Assembly (NCBI GenBank): GCA_964623085.1
Contig: CAZUTO010000007.1
Coordinates: 4,752 to 68,751 of the forward strand
Length of the DNA stretch: 64,000 nt
From: an uncultured Porticoccaceae bacterium
Lineage (GTDB): Bacteria; Pseudomonadota; Gammaproteobacteria; Pseudomonadales; GM7GCV1
Direction of reading: 5' to 3'
Made by a program: the position numbers and the translations under genes. Position 1 is the stretch's first letter. Every line of letters begins with the position of its first letter. The notes under the pieces are model-generated. The model saw only the letters and a program-made list of their open reading frames with translations. It did no database searches and was not told the DNA's origin. Positions 47,331-59,269 of the stretch are shown here, one piece after another.

Positions 47331-49019
47331 CTATTGTGTTTCGGTTTCAACGAACAGTTCTTTCAATTTTGCAAAGCTGTAGCCCCAAGCATGAGCAGGG
47401 TCGATTTTTGGTGGCAATATCAGCTCATCTGGATTTACTTTAACATCCAAAATGTATGGTGTTTTGGCGGCATAGGCGGTGCGAATTGCATCTTCTAGCT
47501 CTTCTGGCTTTTCAACTTTAATGCCTTTGCCCCCACATATTTCAGCATAGGCAGCGAAGTCAGGATTGACTAGCTTGGTGCCGTACTTTGGAAAGCCTGT
47601 GGCTTGCATTTCCAACTCAACAAAGCCCAGCTTTTCATTGTTATACACGATGACGGTTAATGGCAGTTCATAACGCGCAGCCGTCACAAAATCCTGCATC
47701 ATCATCCCAAATGCACCATCACCGCAGAGGGCGATACATTGACGGTGTCTATCCAGCGCCTGCACGCCCATTGTGCTTGGGAAGGCTACGCCTAAGGTGC
47801 CGTGATTAAACGAACCGAGTAATCGCTGATTGCCACGCATGCGCAAATGGCGAGCAGCGAATGCGGTTACTTCGCCAACATCTACGGTAAATATCGCATC
47901 GTCATCGGCTAGGTCGCAGGCCATTCTTGTCACTGCTTGCGGAGGTGTGAGCTTGCGTTTTTCGAGAGATGCTTTTTTATCCATGGTCTTATCCCATGCT
48001 TCGGCACGGCTTTGCGCTTTGGATAAAAATGCATCATCGGTGTTTTGCGTTAGCAGATTGGTCAGCTCTACCATGGTTGGTTTTACATGACCGATAATGC
48101 CCACCGTAACTGGGCAACGTCGCCCAATGTGGGCAGCCTTAACATCAACCTGAATGATGTTTTTATCATGAGGTAAAAATGCGCTGTAGGGGAAATCAGT
48201 GCCCAGCATGAGCAGGCTATCGCATTCCTCGATTGCTTTTATGCCTTGCGGTGAACCTAGCATACCAAGGCCGCCAATCCAGTATGGGTTTTCGTACTCC
48301 ATAACATCTGTGGCTCGCAATGTGCGAACAATCGGCGCGTTTAACATTTTCGCAAGCGCAAGTAATTCATCACGTGCACCATGACACCCATGACCAGCAA
48401 GGATCGTGATCTTGCCGCCTTTGTTTAGAATATCAGCCGCATTTTGGAGCTCGCCAGGGCAGGGCATAATCGAGGCGTGCGGAATCATGATTTCGCGCTG
48501 ATGATCCGAATTGGGAACGTCTTGGTTGATAATGTCACTAGGGATGGAGATATGTGCGACGCCGCCTTCAGTGAGGGCAGTTTGCACAGCCTGCTGAACC
48601 ATTCTTGGCATTTGTGCTGGCGAACTTAGGTATTGGTTATAGACGCATATGTCTTCGAAAATACCGGTCAGATCGGTTTCTTGGAAATAGGTGGTACCCT
48701 GTTCTGAGGTCGGAATGTGCCCTGTAATCGCTAGTACTGGTGCGCGATCACGCTTGGCGTCATAGAGGCCATTAATTAAATGCAGTGCGCCCGGTCCAGT
48801 GGTGCCAGCGCAGAGCCCGAGTTTACCGGTAAGTTTTGCCTGTGCCCCGGCGGCAAATGCGCCAGCTTCTTCATGCCGCACTCCCATCCATTCAAAGCGT
48901 CCGTCACGACGAATAGCATCTAGCAGCGGGTTCAAAGTATCACCCGTCATCCCGAAAAATTGTTTTGTACTAACTGGGGCTAAGATGTCGAGAATCATCT
49001 CGCAGACTTTCTTATTCAT
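47331..49019 (-). CDS. poxB: pyruvate:quinone oxidoreductase (PoxB-type ThDP/FAD enzyme)
   Basis: It is collinear with E. coli PoxB from ATG 49019 (GMTGDTLNPL..EWMGVRHEEAGAFAAGAQAKLTG..GPGALHLINGLYDA..YFQETD). The track's N-terminal extension runs through the katG terminator hairpin. Confidence 0.82.
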   Translation of the reverse strand: MNKKVCEMILDILAPVSTKQFFGMTGDTLNPLLDAIRRDGRFEWMGVRHEEAGAFAAGAQAKLTGKLGLCAGTTGPGALHLINGLYDAKRDRAPVLAITGHIPTSEQGTTYFQETDLTGIFEDICVYNQYLSSPAQMPRMVQQAVQTALTEGGVAHISIPSDIINQDVPNSDHQREIMIPHASIMPCPGELQNAADILNKGGKITILAGHGCHGARDELLALAKMLNAPIVRTLRATDVMEYENPYWIGGLGMLGSPQGIKAIEECDSLLMLGTDFPYSAFLPHDKNIIQVDVKAAHIGRRCPVTVGIIGHVKPTMVELTNLLTQNTDDAFLSKAQSRAEAWDKTMDKKASLEKRKLTPPQAVTRMACDLADDDAIFTVDVGEVTAFAARHLRMRGNQRLLGSFNHGTLGVAFPSTMGVQALDRHRQCIALCGDGAFGMMMQDFVTAARYELPLTVIVYNNEKLGFVELEMQATGFPKYGTKLVNPDFAAYAEICGGKGIKVEKPEELEDAIRTAYAAKTPYILDVKVNPDELILPPKIDPAHAWGYSFAKLKELFVETETQ

Positions 49020-49053
49020 GGTTTGTTTCTCGTTATTGGTACGCGGAAATGCG

Positions 49054-49076
49054 AAAGGGCTCATTATGAGCCCTTT
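49054..49076 (-). terminator. hairpin terminator between katG and poxB (sequence is bidirectional)
   Basis: Perfect palindrome AAAGGGCTCAT/ATGAGCCCTTT, flanked by A/T runs on both sides. Confidence 0.6.
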
Positions 49077-49144
49077 TATATTTTTTATAAATGAGTTAAC
49101 CGTGAGCAGCACTTAATCTAGTGCCGCTCGCAGTGAATCTTCGA

Positions 49145-51376
<2,232 letters not shown>

Positions 51377-51715
51377 CTAAATAAAATTACGTACGATTAA
51401 AAACGAGTCAAAAAATAGTCGAATAACATAGCTCATAGAGTAACGATGTCCTTTCACTAAGATGCGACCCTAAATCAGGTAAAAATACTGCAATCATCGG
51501 GCTTCTGGCTCCATGAAAAATTGATTTTATTACGATACCTCATTATCCTTCACTCGGTGATCAAATCGTTAAATCTGTGCGATAGTAAAAATTGATTTCG
51601 TTTCGATGCTCTGCCTTTTCTATAGGTTTTGAGACGGTCAATTTGTCGCTGAAATCCAGATCAGCTATTTAGCTAAATTACCTTCTATATTGTGTCCAAC
51701 TGACTAGGAATTTGC

Positions 51716-53107
51716 ATGACCAATTCACCGACCTTAGATGTGCGTAACCCTTCTACTGGCGAGTTATTTACTTCGATTTCAGCAGACACAATGGATAGTG
51801 CGACGGCAAAAATGGATGCTGCGTTTAAATTATTTAAAAGTCCTGAAAAGCATCTGGCTTTGCACGAACGGATTGCGTTGCTTGAAAAGCTTGTCGCGCA
51901 TCTAGAAGCCAATCGGTCGGAATTTATCGACACTATGATTCAGGAAGGCGGCAAGCCTCGACGAGATTCGATTGTTGAGTTTGACCGCGCTTTAGAAGGT
52001 GTGAAACTTTCGATAGGTGCGGTGAGCGAACATGCTGGTTCATCTATTCCTTTAGGTTACCAAGCGAACTCCTCGGGAAGAATTGCGACAACGCGAGTGT
52101 TTCCTCGCGGTGTGGTACTTGCATTTAGTGCATTCAATCACCCTTTAAATCTGATTGTTCATCAAATTATTCCAGCATTCGCGACTGGCTGTCCCTGTCT
52201 TGTAAAACCTTCAGGTGATACGCCAATGAGTTGCTTGTTGCTAGTCAAGGCCATGCATGCGGTTGGCATTCCATCCGACTACGTGCAGGCAGTGATTCCT
52301 ACGGAACGTGCGATTTCGACCATGTTGGTTGAAAATGAAAAGATTGCGTTCTTTAGCTTTATTGGATCGGCTAGGGTCGGGTGGATGCTTCGATCTAGTT
52401 TGCACCCAGGAGTCAGATGCGCGCTTGAGCACGGTGGTGTCGCGCCTTGTGTTGTGTCATCAAAAGCGGATCTGAACGTTGCTGTCAGTGCTATCTTGAA
52501 AGGTGGTTTTTACCATGCAGGGCAGGTATGTGTCTCGACTCAGCGTGTTTATGTTGACGCTTCTGTTATGGACGACTTTATCAAACTGTTTAAAGCGGGC
52601 GCCGAGTCTTTAAAAGTCGGGAATGCGTTCGACGAGGATACGCAAGTAGGGCCGTTAATCCGTGAGGCTGAAGTTGAAAGAGTTCAGACCTGGGTTGATG
52701 AAGCCATTTCTGAAGGCGCAGAGTGTCTAGTAGGTGGTAAAGCCATAGATGAACGATTTTTCCCGCCCACGGTTTTATTAAACCCATCAAGCGAATCCAA
52801 AGTCAGCCGCCAGGAAATTTTTGGCCCTGTTGTATGTGTGTATTCATATGATGATTTCGAGACTGCGTTGCAGCTCGCAAATCATGATGAGGTTGCGTTT
52901 CAATCGGCGATATTCTCGGACGACATCAATGAAGTCATGCGAGCTTTCGAAATGGTTGAAGCCTCTGCATTGATGGTTAATGATCACACAGCGTTTCGAG
53001 ATGATGTGATGCCATTTGCTGGCTTAAAATCATCGGGGCTTGGTGTGGGTGGAATACCTTATACAGTAGAAGAAATGCAGTACGAAAAAATGCTGGTACT
53101 CAAATAG
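51716..53107 (+). CDS. NAD(P)-dependent aldehyde dehydrogenase (candidate succinate-semialdehyde dehydrogenase)
   Basis: 463 aa with an ALDH fold, catalytic Glu context (LEHGG) and Cys context (AGQVCVS). It is the first gene of a tightly spaced five-gene string. Confidence 0.8.
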   Translation: MTNSPTLDVRNPSTGELFTSISADTMDSATAKMDAAFKLFKSPEKHLALHERIALLEKLVAHLEANRSEFIDTMIQEGGKPRRDSIVEFDRALEGVKLSIGAVSEHAGSSIPLGYQANSSGRIATTRVFPRGVVLAFSAFNHPLNLIVHQIIPAFATGCPCLVKPSGDTPMSCLLLVKAMHAVGIPSDYVQAVIPTERAISTMLVENEKIAFFSFIGSARVGWMLRSSLHPGVRCALEHGGVAPCVVSSKADLNVAVSAILKGGFYHAGQVCVSTQRVYVDASVMDDFIKLFKAGAESLKVGNAFDEDTQVGPLIREAEVERVQTWVDEAISEGAECLVGGKAIDERFFPPTVLLNPSSESKVSRQEIFGPVVCVYSYDDFETALQLANHDEVAFQSAIFSDDINEVMRAFEMVEASALMVNDHTAFRDDVMPFAGLKSSGLGVGGIPYTVEEMQYEKMLVLK

Positions 53108-53154
53108 TTTGAGTTCGGACAGATTATTTTTAAATTATTAATAGGATCATAAGA

Positions 53155-54804
53155 ATGAAAGCATCAGACCTGATGGTGAAATGTTTAGAAGAAGAGGGCA
53201 TTGAATACATCTTCGGTGTGCCGGGTGAAGAGAATGCTGACTTCATGATGAGCCTCGAAAAGTCGGACAAAATACGTTTTATCCTTACTCGCCACGAGCA
53301 AGGTGCAGCGTTCATGGCAGAGATATATGGCCGCCTAACCGGTACACCAGCAGCCTGCCTAGGCACTTTAGGGCCGGGAGCAACCAACTTAATAACTGGG
53401 GTTGCTGATGCAAACATGGATAGAGCGCCTATGCTCGTATTGACCGGGCAGGGCAGCACTTCCCGTTTGCATAAAGAATCCCATCAGATTATGGATGTGG
53501 TCAAGATGTTTGAGCCGGTGACCAAGTGGGCTACTACCGTGCTCAACGCCGATACTATCCCTGAAATTGTGCGCAAGTCTGTGCGCATTTCACGCAGTGA
53601 AAAGCCGGGTGCAGTGTTGATCGAATTACCGGAAGATATTGCCAAGCATGAGACAGATGCGAAGCCGATGAAGCCAATTCGCTTTAGACGAGCTGTTGCC
53701 AGTGATGAGATGGTTGCATTGGCAGTAGAAAAAATTAAGCAAGCGAAGCGCCCCGTTATTCTGGCGGGCAATGGCTGTGTGCGAAAGCGTGCATCTGAAT
53801 TGCTTCGCACGCTGGCTAGCAGCACAGGTATTGGCGTACTAAATACCTTCATGGCGAAGGGCGCTGTCGACCACGATGAAGAGTATTGTTTGTATACGAT
53901 TGGCTTAGGCGCAAAGGATATCGGTACCTGCGCTATTGATGCGGCTGATCTAGTGATTTCTATTGGATTCGATATGGTGGAATATCACCCCACTCTATGG
54001 AACGCCAACAGTGATAAATCCATTGTGCATATTGATTTCACTTCGGCAGAAATTGATGAGCACTACCATCCTCAGGTTGAATTAATCGGCGATATTGCCC
54101 ATTCGCTTCAGGCGCTGGTAACCGCGTTTGACGGAGAAAAAGTGTCCTTTGATCTGTCGCAGCAGCATGGTACTCGACAGTCGATGAAAGAGGAGCTGGA
54201 ATACTACCAAGATGACCAAGCTGAAGGTGCTATTAAGCCTCAAAAAGTGCTGGCTGATGCACAAAAAGTGTTTGGTGAAGATGGCCTGATGTTGTCGGAC
54301 GTGGGTGCACATAAAATGTGGATTGCACGGCATTACCATTGTAAAACACCAAATGGTTGCTTAATTCCAAACGGCTTCTGTTCTATGGGTTTTGCTTTGC
54401 CGGGCGCGATTGCGGCAAGCATGGTGGATCCCGAGCGCAAGATCATGGGTATTGCAGGTGACGCTGGTTTCTTAATGAATGTTCAAGAGATGGAAACCGC
54501 AGCGAGATTGAACAGTAATATCACCATGATGGTATGGGAAGATAAAGCCTACGGTTTGATTGCTTGGAAACAATGGGCGGAGTTTGGTAAGCATACCGAA
54601 TTGTCGTTTTCGAACCCGAAGTGGGAAATGTTGGCTGAATCTTTCTCATGGCACTACCAGGGCGTGAACAACAGCGCTGATTTACACGCAGCAATGGAAA
54701 CTGCCGCTGATCATAAGGGCCCAAGCTTGATTGTTGTGCCTATTGATTACGAAGAGAATAAGAAGTTGACCGAGCGTCTCGGCCATCTCACATGCTCAAT
54801 TTAA
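53155..54804 (+). CDS. acetolactate-synthase-like ThDP-dependent enzyme (candidate 2-oxoacid decarboxylase)
   Basis: 549 aa with an N-terminal Pyr domain (GIEYIFGVPGEEN, RHEQGAAFMA) and a C-terminal ThDP motif GDAGFLMN..(x)..WED in place of the usual ..NN. It starts 47 bp after the ALDH gene. Confidence 0.8.
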   Translation: MKASDLMVKCLEEEGIEYIFGVPGEENADFMMSLEKSDKIRFILTRHEQGAAFMAEIYGRLTGTPAACLGTLGPGATNLITGVADANMDRAPMLVLTGQGSTSRLHKESHQIMDVVKMFEPVTKWATTVLNADTIPEIVRKSVRISRSEKPGAVLIELPEDIAKHETDAKPMKPIRFRRAVASDEMVALAVEKIKQAKRPVILAGNGCVRKRASELLRTLASSTGIGVLNTFMAKGAVDHDEEYCLYTIGLGAKDIGTCAIDAADLVISIGFDMVEYHPTLWNANSDKSIVHIDFTSAEIDEHYHPQVELIGDIAHSLQALVTAFDGEKVSFDLSQQHGTRQSMKEELEYYQDDQAEGAIKPQKVLADAQKVFGEDGLMLSDVGAHKMWIARHYHCKTPNGCLIPNGFCSMGFALPGAIAASMVDPERKIMGIAGDAGFLMNVQEMETAARLNSNITMMVWEDKAYGLIAWKQWAEFGKHTELSFSNPKWEMLAESFSWHYQGVNNSADLHAAMETAADHKGPSLIVVPIDYEENKKLTERLGHLTCSI

Positions 54805-54836
54805 ACATTAACGCAGATAGCCAAGAGTAAAAAATA

Positions 54837-56354
54837 ATGACATTACTAGAGTCGCTCGCAGCAAATATTATTCAATGGAGCGTTTTGATACTAATCTTTG
54901 TTATTGGTCTCGGCATTCTTGGTGTACTTGTTATCTACATCATTGATGTTACTCAAACCAAGCAAACGATAAGACGAAATTACCCAGTTGTAGGGCGCTT
55001 CCGTTATTTCTTTGAGCATCTCGGTGAGTTTTTTAGGCAATATTTCTTTGCGATGGACCGAGAAGAATTACCCTTTAACCGGGCTGAGCGTTCTTGGGCT
55101 TACCGGGCCGCAAAAAAAGTCGACACTACCGTTGCGTTTGGTTCAAGCCATCCGTTGAGTACGCCAGGCGATGTCATTTTTCTCAATTGTCCATTCCCCA
55201 CTTTGGATAAAGATGCAGAGGATGCTGAAGCAGTAACCATTGGTGGTGGGCGAGCGAAAGAGCCCTATACGACAAGCTCTATTGTCAATATATCGGGCAT
55301 GAGCTTTGGTGCGATTTCACAACCTGCTGTTGAGTCGCTTTCTCGCGGTGCGAAGGAAGCGGGTATTTGGATGAATACCGGTGAAGGTGGACTTTCGCCT
55401 TACCACCTCGAAGGCGGTTGTGACATCGTCTATCAGATTGGTACGGCAAAGTATGGCGTACGGACACCTGATGGTGAGCTATGCGATACGAAGTTAAAAG
55501 AGGTTGCTAGTCACCCGCAGGTCAAAATGTTTGAAGTGAAGATGAGTCAGGGTGCTAAGCCTGGTAAAGGTGGCATACTGCCTGGCGAAAAAGTCACGGA
55601 AGAGATTTCTCGTATCAGAGGCATTGAAGTTGGCGAGTCATCGATTAGCCCGAATGGCCATACCGATATTGATTCCGTCGACGGTCTTCTCGATATGATT
55701 AATCGTGTTAGAGAGGTGACTGGGAAGCCGGTTGGTTTCAAAATGGTGGTTGGTCGCATGGAGTTCTTTACCAGCTTATGTGAGGCGATACACCGACGAG
55801 GCGTGGATAGCGCACCAGATTTTATTACCCTCGATAGTGCAGATGGTGGCACCGGTGCTGCGCCTCAGCCACTTATGGATTATGTTGGTATGCATATCAA
55901 AGAGAGCTTGCCGCTTGTCGTTGATACCATTAAGTCTTATGGACTGCGTGATGAGATTAAAATCATTACCTCGGGTAAGCTGATTACTCCCGAGAAGGTC
56001 GCATGGGCGCTGAGTATGGGCGCTGATTTTGTTACCTCGGCACGCGGTTTTATGTTTGCTTTGGGCTGCATACAGGCGTTGCAATGCAACAAGAATACCT
56101 GTCCTACAGGTATTACGACTCATGATAAAGATCTACAGCGAGGCTTGGTTCCCGAAGATAAATATAAACGTGTCGAGAACTACGCTAGACAAGTCGTTTA
56201 CGGCGTAGGTTTGATTGCGCACTCTTGTGGCGTTAAACAACCTCGGGCACTAGATCGCAGTCATGTGCGCATTATTGAAAATGAGAGCCGTACTGTATTG
56301 ATGTCAGAGGTTTATCCTGAACCTGAGATTAAATCGGAATACGCTGCTAAGTAA
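54837..56354 (+). CDS. membrane-anchored FMN-binding glutamate-synthase-family protein (GltB FMN-domain homologue)
   Basis: 505 aa with one N-terminal TM helix (VLILIFVIGLGILGVLVIYII). It has SGMSFGAIS, QGAKPGKGG, DSADGGTGAAP and CNKNTCPTGITT blocks typical of the Glu_synthase (COG0069) FMN domain. Confidence 0.8.
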   Translation: MTLLESLAANIIQWSVLILIFVIGLGILGVLVIYIIDVTQTKQTIRRNYPVVGRFRYFFEHLGEFFRQYFFAMDREELPFNRAERSWAYRAAKKVDTTVAFGSSHPLSTPGDVIFLNCPFPTLDKDAEDAEAVTIGGGRAKEPYTTSSIVNISGMSFGAISQPAVESLSRGAKEAGIWMNTGEGGLSPYHLEGGCDIVYQIGTAKYGVRTPDGELCDTKLKEVASHPQVKMFEVKMSQGAKPGKGGILPGEKVTEEISRIRGIEVGESSISPNGHTDIDSVDGLLDMINRVREVTGKPVGFKMVVGRMEFFTSLCEAIHRRGVDSAPDFITLDSADGGTGAAPQPLMDYVGMHIKESLPLVVDTIKSYGLRDEIKIITSGKLITPEKVAWALSMGADFVTSARGFMFALGCIQALQCNKNTCPTGITTHDKDLQRGLVPEDKYKRVENYARQVVYGVGLIAHSCGVKQPRALDRSHVRIIENESRTVLMSEVYPEPEIKSEYAAK

Positions 56355-56414
56355 TGCGAGTGAATATCGTTTAGCAAGTTGTATAAATTTAGCAATTAAC
56401 AATCTGGACATAAC

Positions 56415-56819
56415 ATGGATAAAAAAGTAATCGCTTTGTGGATCTTTAAGCTAGTTTTAGCTGGAATGTACCTAATGATGGCTATCCCCAAATTTGGCGG
56501 TGATGAGATCACCGTTCATATATTCACCACGCTAGGTGTGGAGCCTTGGGGGCGCTATTTTACCGGTGTAATGGAGCTTCTGGTGTTTGTGTTGATATTG
56601 ATTCCTGCGACAGCGGTCTACGGGATGATTTTGTCACTGGGTGTGTTGTCTGGTGCAATCTTGTCGCATTTAACTGTGATTGGAACCGTGGTTCAAAACG
56701 ACACTGGTACGGTTAATGATGAGGGTGGGATTTTCATGACCGCTTTAATTATGCTCGCCCTGACATTGGTTAACCTCTATTTAAATCGCCGCAGTCTTCC
56801 ATTCATTGGCAATAAATAA
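56415..56819 (+). CDS. DoxX family membrane protein
   Basis: 134 aa with four hydrophobic helices and a DoxX-like MAIPKF.G motif. Confidence 0.65.
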   Translation: MDKKVIALWIFKLVLAGMYLMMAIPKFGGDEITVHIFTTLGVEPWGRYFTGVMELLVFVLILIPATAVYGMILSLGVLSGAILSHLTVIGTVVQNDTGTVNDEGGIFMTALIMLALTLVNLYLNRRSLPFIGNK

Positions 56820-56890
56820 AGCTTGCTAGCTTCAAATAGAGCTCGCTAGTTTCCGGTTGTTAGAGATCTAGCGACCGGAGCTTTCTATTT

Positions 56891-57817
56891 ATGTCTTCAA
56901 CACTGCAACGTGATTTAGATAACGCCTGCAATAGCGTTCGCTCTGAAATAGAGGTTGGTCAGGTTGCTAATTATATTCCAGCCTTAGCGGCAATTGATGG
57001 CAATAAATTTGGTGCTGCGATTGTTACTATTGATGGAGAGGTGGCTCGTTACGGTGATGCTCTCGAGCCATTTTCAATTCAAAGTATTAGTAAAGTCCAT
57101 TCACTCGCGTTGGCGCTAAATCATGTTGGCGATGAATTGTGGAATAGGATTAATTACGAGCCTTCGGGTAATGCGTTTAATTCTATCGTTCAGCTCGAAG
57201 TGGAAAAGGGCATACCGCGTAACCCCCTAATTAATGCTGGTGCTATTGTTCTTTGCGATCTGTTGCTGCGTGGTCGCATACCGGAAAGCTGCATTTCAGC
57301 GTTGGTCGATAACGCACAGCTACTTGCTCAGGACACGTCTGTTGCGATTGATAGCAGTGTGGCTCAATCTGAGTTGGATTGTGCGGATAGAAACAGTAGT
57401 TTGGCCAGCTTTATGAAAAGCTATCAAAACATTGAGCATCAAGTTGAAGATGTTCTTCATGTTTATTGCCACCAGTGCGCGATCGCGATGAACTGTGTGC
57501 AGGTTGCGCGCTCCTTTTTATATCTGGCAAATGATGGCGTTGAGCCTCGTTCTAACAGCCCGATTGTTAGTAACCTTCGAGCACGACATATCAATTCGAT
57601 AATGATGATGTGCGGGCACTATGACGCTTCCGGGGAATTTGCCTTTCGGGTAGGTTTGCCGGGAAAAAGTGGTGTAGGCGGCGGCATCGTGACCATCGTG
57701 CCTGAGGTGGGTGTAGTAGCTGTATGGTCACCGCGATTAAACGCTAAGGGCAATTCCCATACTGGCATGGAAGCATTAGAAGCCATTATGCATAGTACGG
57801 GCTGGAATATCCTCTAG
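56891..57817 (+). CDS. glsA: glutaminase A
   Basis: 308 aa with VANYIPALA, FSIQSISKV (Ser-x-x-Lys) and LPGKSGVGGGI blocks. Confidence 0.92.
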   Translation: MSSTLQRDLDNACNSVRSEIEVGQVANYIPALAAIDGNKFGAAIVTIDGEVARYGDALEPFSIQSISKVHSLALALNHVGDELWNRINYEPSGNAFNSIVQLEVEKGIPRNPLINAGAIVLCDLLLRGRIPESCISALVDNAQLLAQDTSVAIDSSVAQSELDCADRNSSLASFMKSYQNIEHQVEDVLHVYCHQCAIAMNCVQVARSFLYLANDGVEPRSNSPIVSNLRARHINSIMMMCGHYDASGEFAFRVGLPGKSGVGGGIVTIVPEVGVVAVWSPRLNAKGNSHTGMEALEAIMHSTGWNIL

Positions 57818-59037
57818 CCTTGTTCAGTGTTTTGAGTCGGCACCCTTGCCGATTGATTTCTTTTTTCTGAATACCACTTTGCTCCAGGCGCTGCAGTTAT
57901 CCCGTGCAGTAAGGCAGATATCCAAACGGCATTGATGGCGATAACCAAAATAGGTTCTGCATAAGAGTGGTTAATATCGCCAACTATTAGTAGTGCAAAC
58001 AACACGGTGGCTAAACCTCGCGGGCCAAACCAACCGAAAAATAGTCTTGTTAGCGGCGCTGCATTAGTACCAATTAGGCTAATCCAAATTGCTAGTGGCC
58101 GAACCACAAATAGGCTCAAACCAATCAGTATCGCTATCGGCAGAGTTAATAGGCTTAGTGCCTCTGGCAGTAAAACCATGCCAATGAGTAGGAAAGACCC
58201 CCAAATCAGAATTTGACCTTCGCTTTCTACAAACTCTACGACATGCTTCACGCGTTCCTTAACCACATGGCCGAATACAAGTCCTGCACAAAAAGCAGCG
58301 ATAAAGCCGTTGCCGTCGATCATGCTTGCAATAGCATAAGCGAGCACTGCCATAGCGATAGCAGCAATACCTTCATACTGACTATCCGTAAATTCTCGTT
58401 CTACACTCTTCAGAAGTGCCTTTCCTCCCAACCAGCCAATTAATGCCCCGATGGTAGGACCCAAGATTAATTGGTGTGACGTAAACACTAAAAAGTTTCC
58501 GTTATGCTCGCCTTCTACTGTTGCGAGTGTGCAGGCAAAAAACAACACTATGGGGAGCGCCAAACCATCGTTTAATCCGCTCTCAACGACGAGTGTTCGA
58601 CGTTCCTCAATGGGAACCGATTTGTTAGTGACGACTGCCTGACCTAGCGCTGCATCGGTTGGAGCCAAAATGGATGCCACCAACGCCAGCGCAAAGATAG
58701 ACCAGCCCGGGAAAAGCAGACCTGCCGCAATAGCGCAAAACAAAATGGCTAATGGTAAGCCGATTAACAACATTCTCTTAGGCCACAAATGGCTTTTCTT
58801 GAGTGCGTCAAAATCCGTCAAACTCGCATCTGCGAATAGCAAAATAATCAGCGCTGCTTCAGCAACTAAATGCAGCAGTTCTTCTGAGTGCTCAGGTGGG
58901 ACGACACCACCTATGCTTATCAAGTAGCCGAGCGATAGGAATATTATCGGCGATGTGAATATCGTCGAAGACAAACGCTTTGCATTTAGTGCATACATCG
59001 CCACGACTATCATGACAATTAAAAGAGCAATTTGCAT
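57814..59037 (-). CDS. cation:proton antiporter (CPA1, NhaP-like)
   Basis: 407 aa and polytopic, with an ILAPTDAA and ESGLNDG pair of motifs typical of Na+/H+ exchangers. Its stop codon shares CTAG with the glsA stop. Confidence 0.82.
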   Translation of the reverse strand: MQIALLIVMIVVAMYALNAKRLSSTIFTSPIIFLSLGYLISIGGVVPPEHSEELLHLVAEAALIILLFADASLTDFDALKKSHLWPKRMLLIGLPLAILFCAIAAGLLFPGWSIFALALVASILAPTDAALGQAVVTNKSVPIEERRTLVVESGLNDGLALPIVLFFACTLATVEGEHNGNFLVFTSHQLILGPTIGALIGWLGGKALLKSVEREFTDSQYEGIAAIAMAVLAYAIASMIDGNGFIAAFCAGLVFGHVVKERVKHVVEFVESEGQILIWGSFLLIGMVLLPEALSLLTLPIAILIGLSLFVVRPLAIWISLIGTNAAPLTRLFFGWFGPRGLATVLFALLIVGDINHSYAEPILVIAINAVWISALLHGITAAPGAKWYSEKRNQSARVPTQNTEQG

Positions 59038-59269
59038 ATCGTTATCCGTTGAATGGGGTCTTGGCGACTGTCATTGCCTTGCTAGGCTATTAGGTTGAAG
59101 AATAGGTCGAGTATTTTGCCCGTCGGCTGATCATTTTGCATCTTTTATCCATATGTCAGAGCAGATAAGTATAGTCAGCTTCCATTCGCCCATTTTCATG
59201 TCGAATCGGTCTGGCAAAGATGGGTCGTTCCATTAGAATAGCGCCACAATCTCTGAGGCTTTTTTTGCT

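Noticed and set aside
51415-51449. An OxyR-like ATAG..N7..CTAT repeat upstream of katG (ATAGtcgaataACATagctcATAGagtaacgATGT).
   Set aside because: The half-sites are degenerate, and the central spacing is 5 nt rather than 7. This is suggestive for a katG promoter but is not supportable without a matrix scan or footprint.
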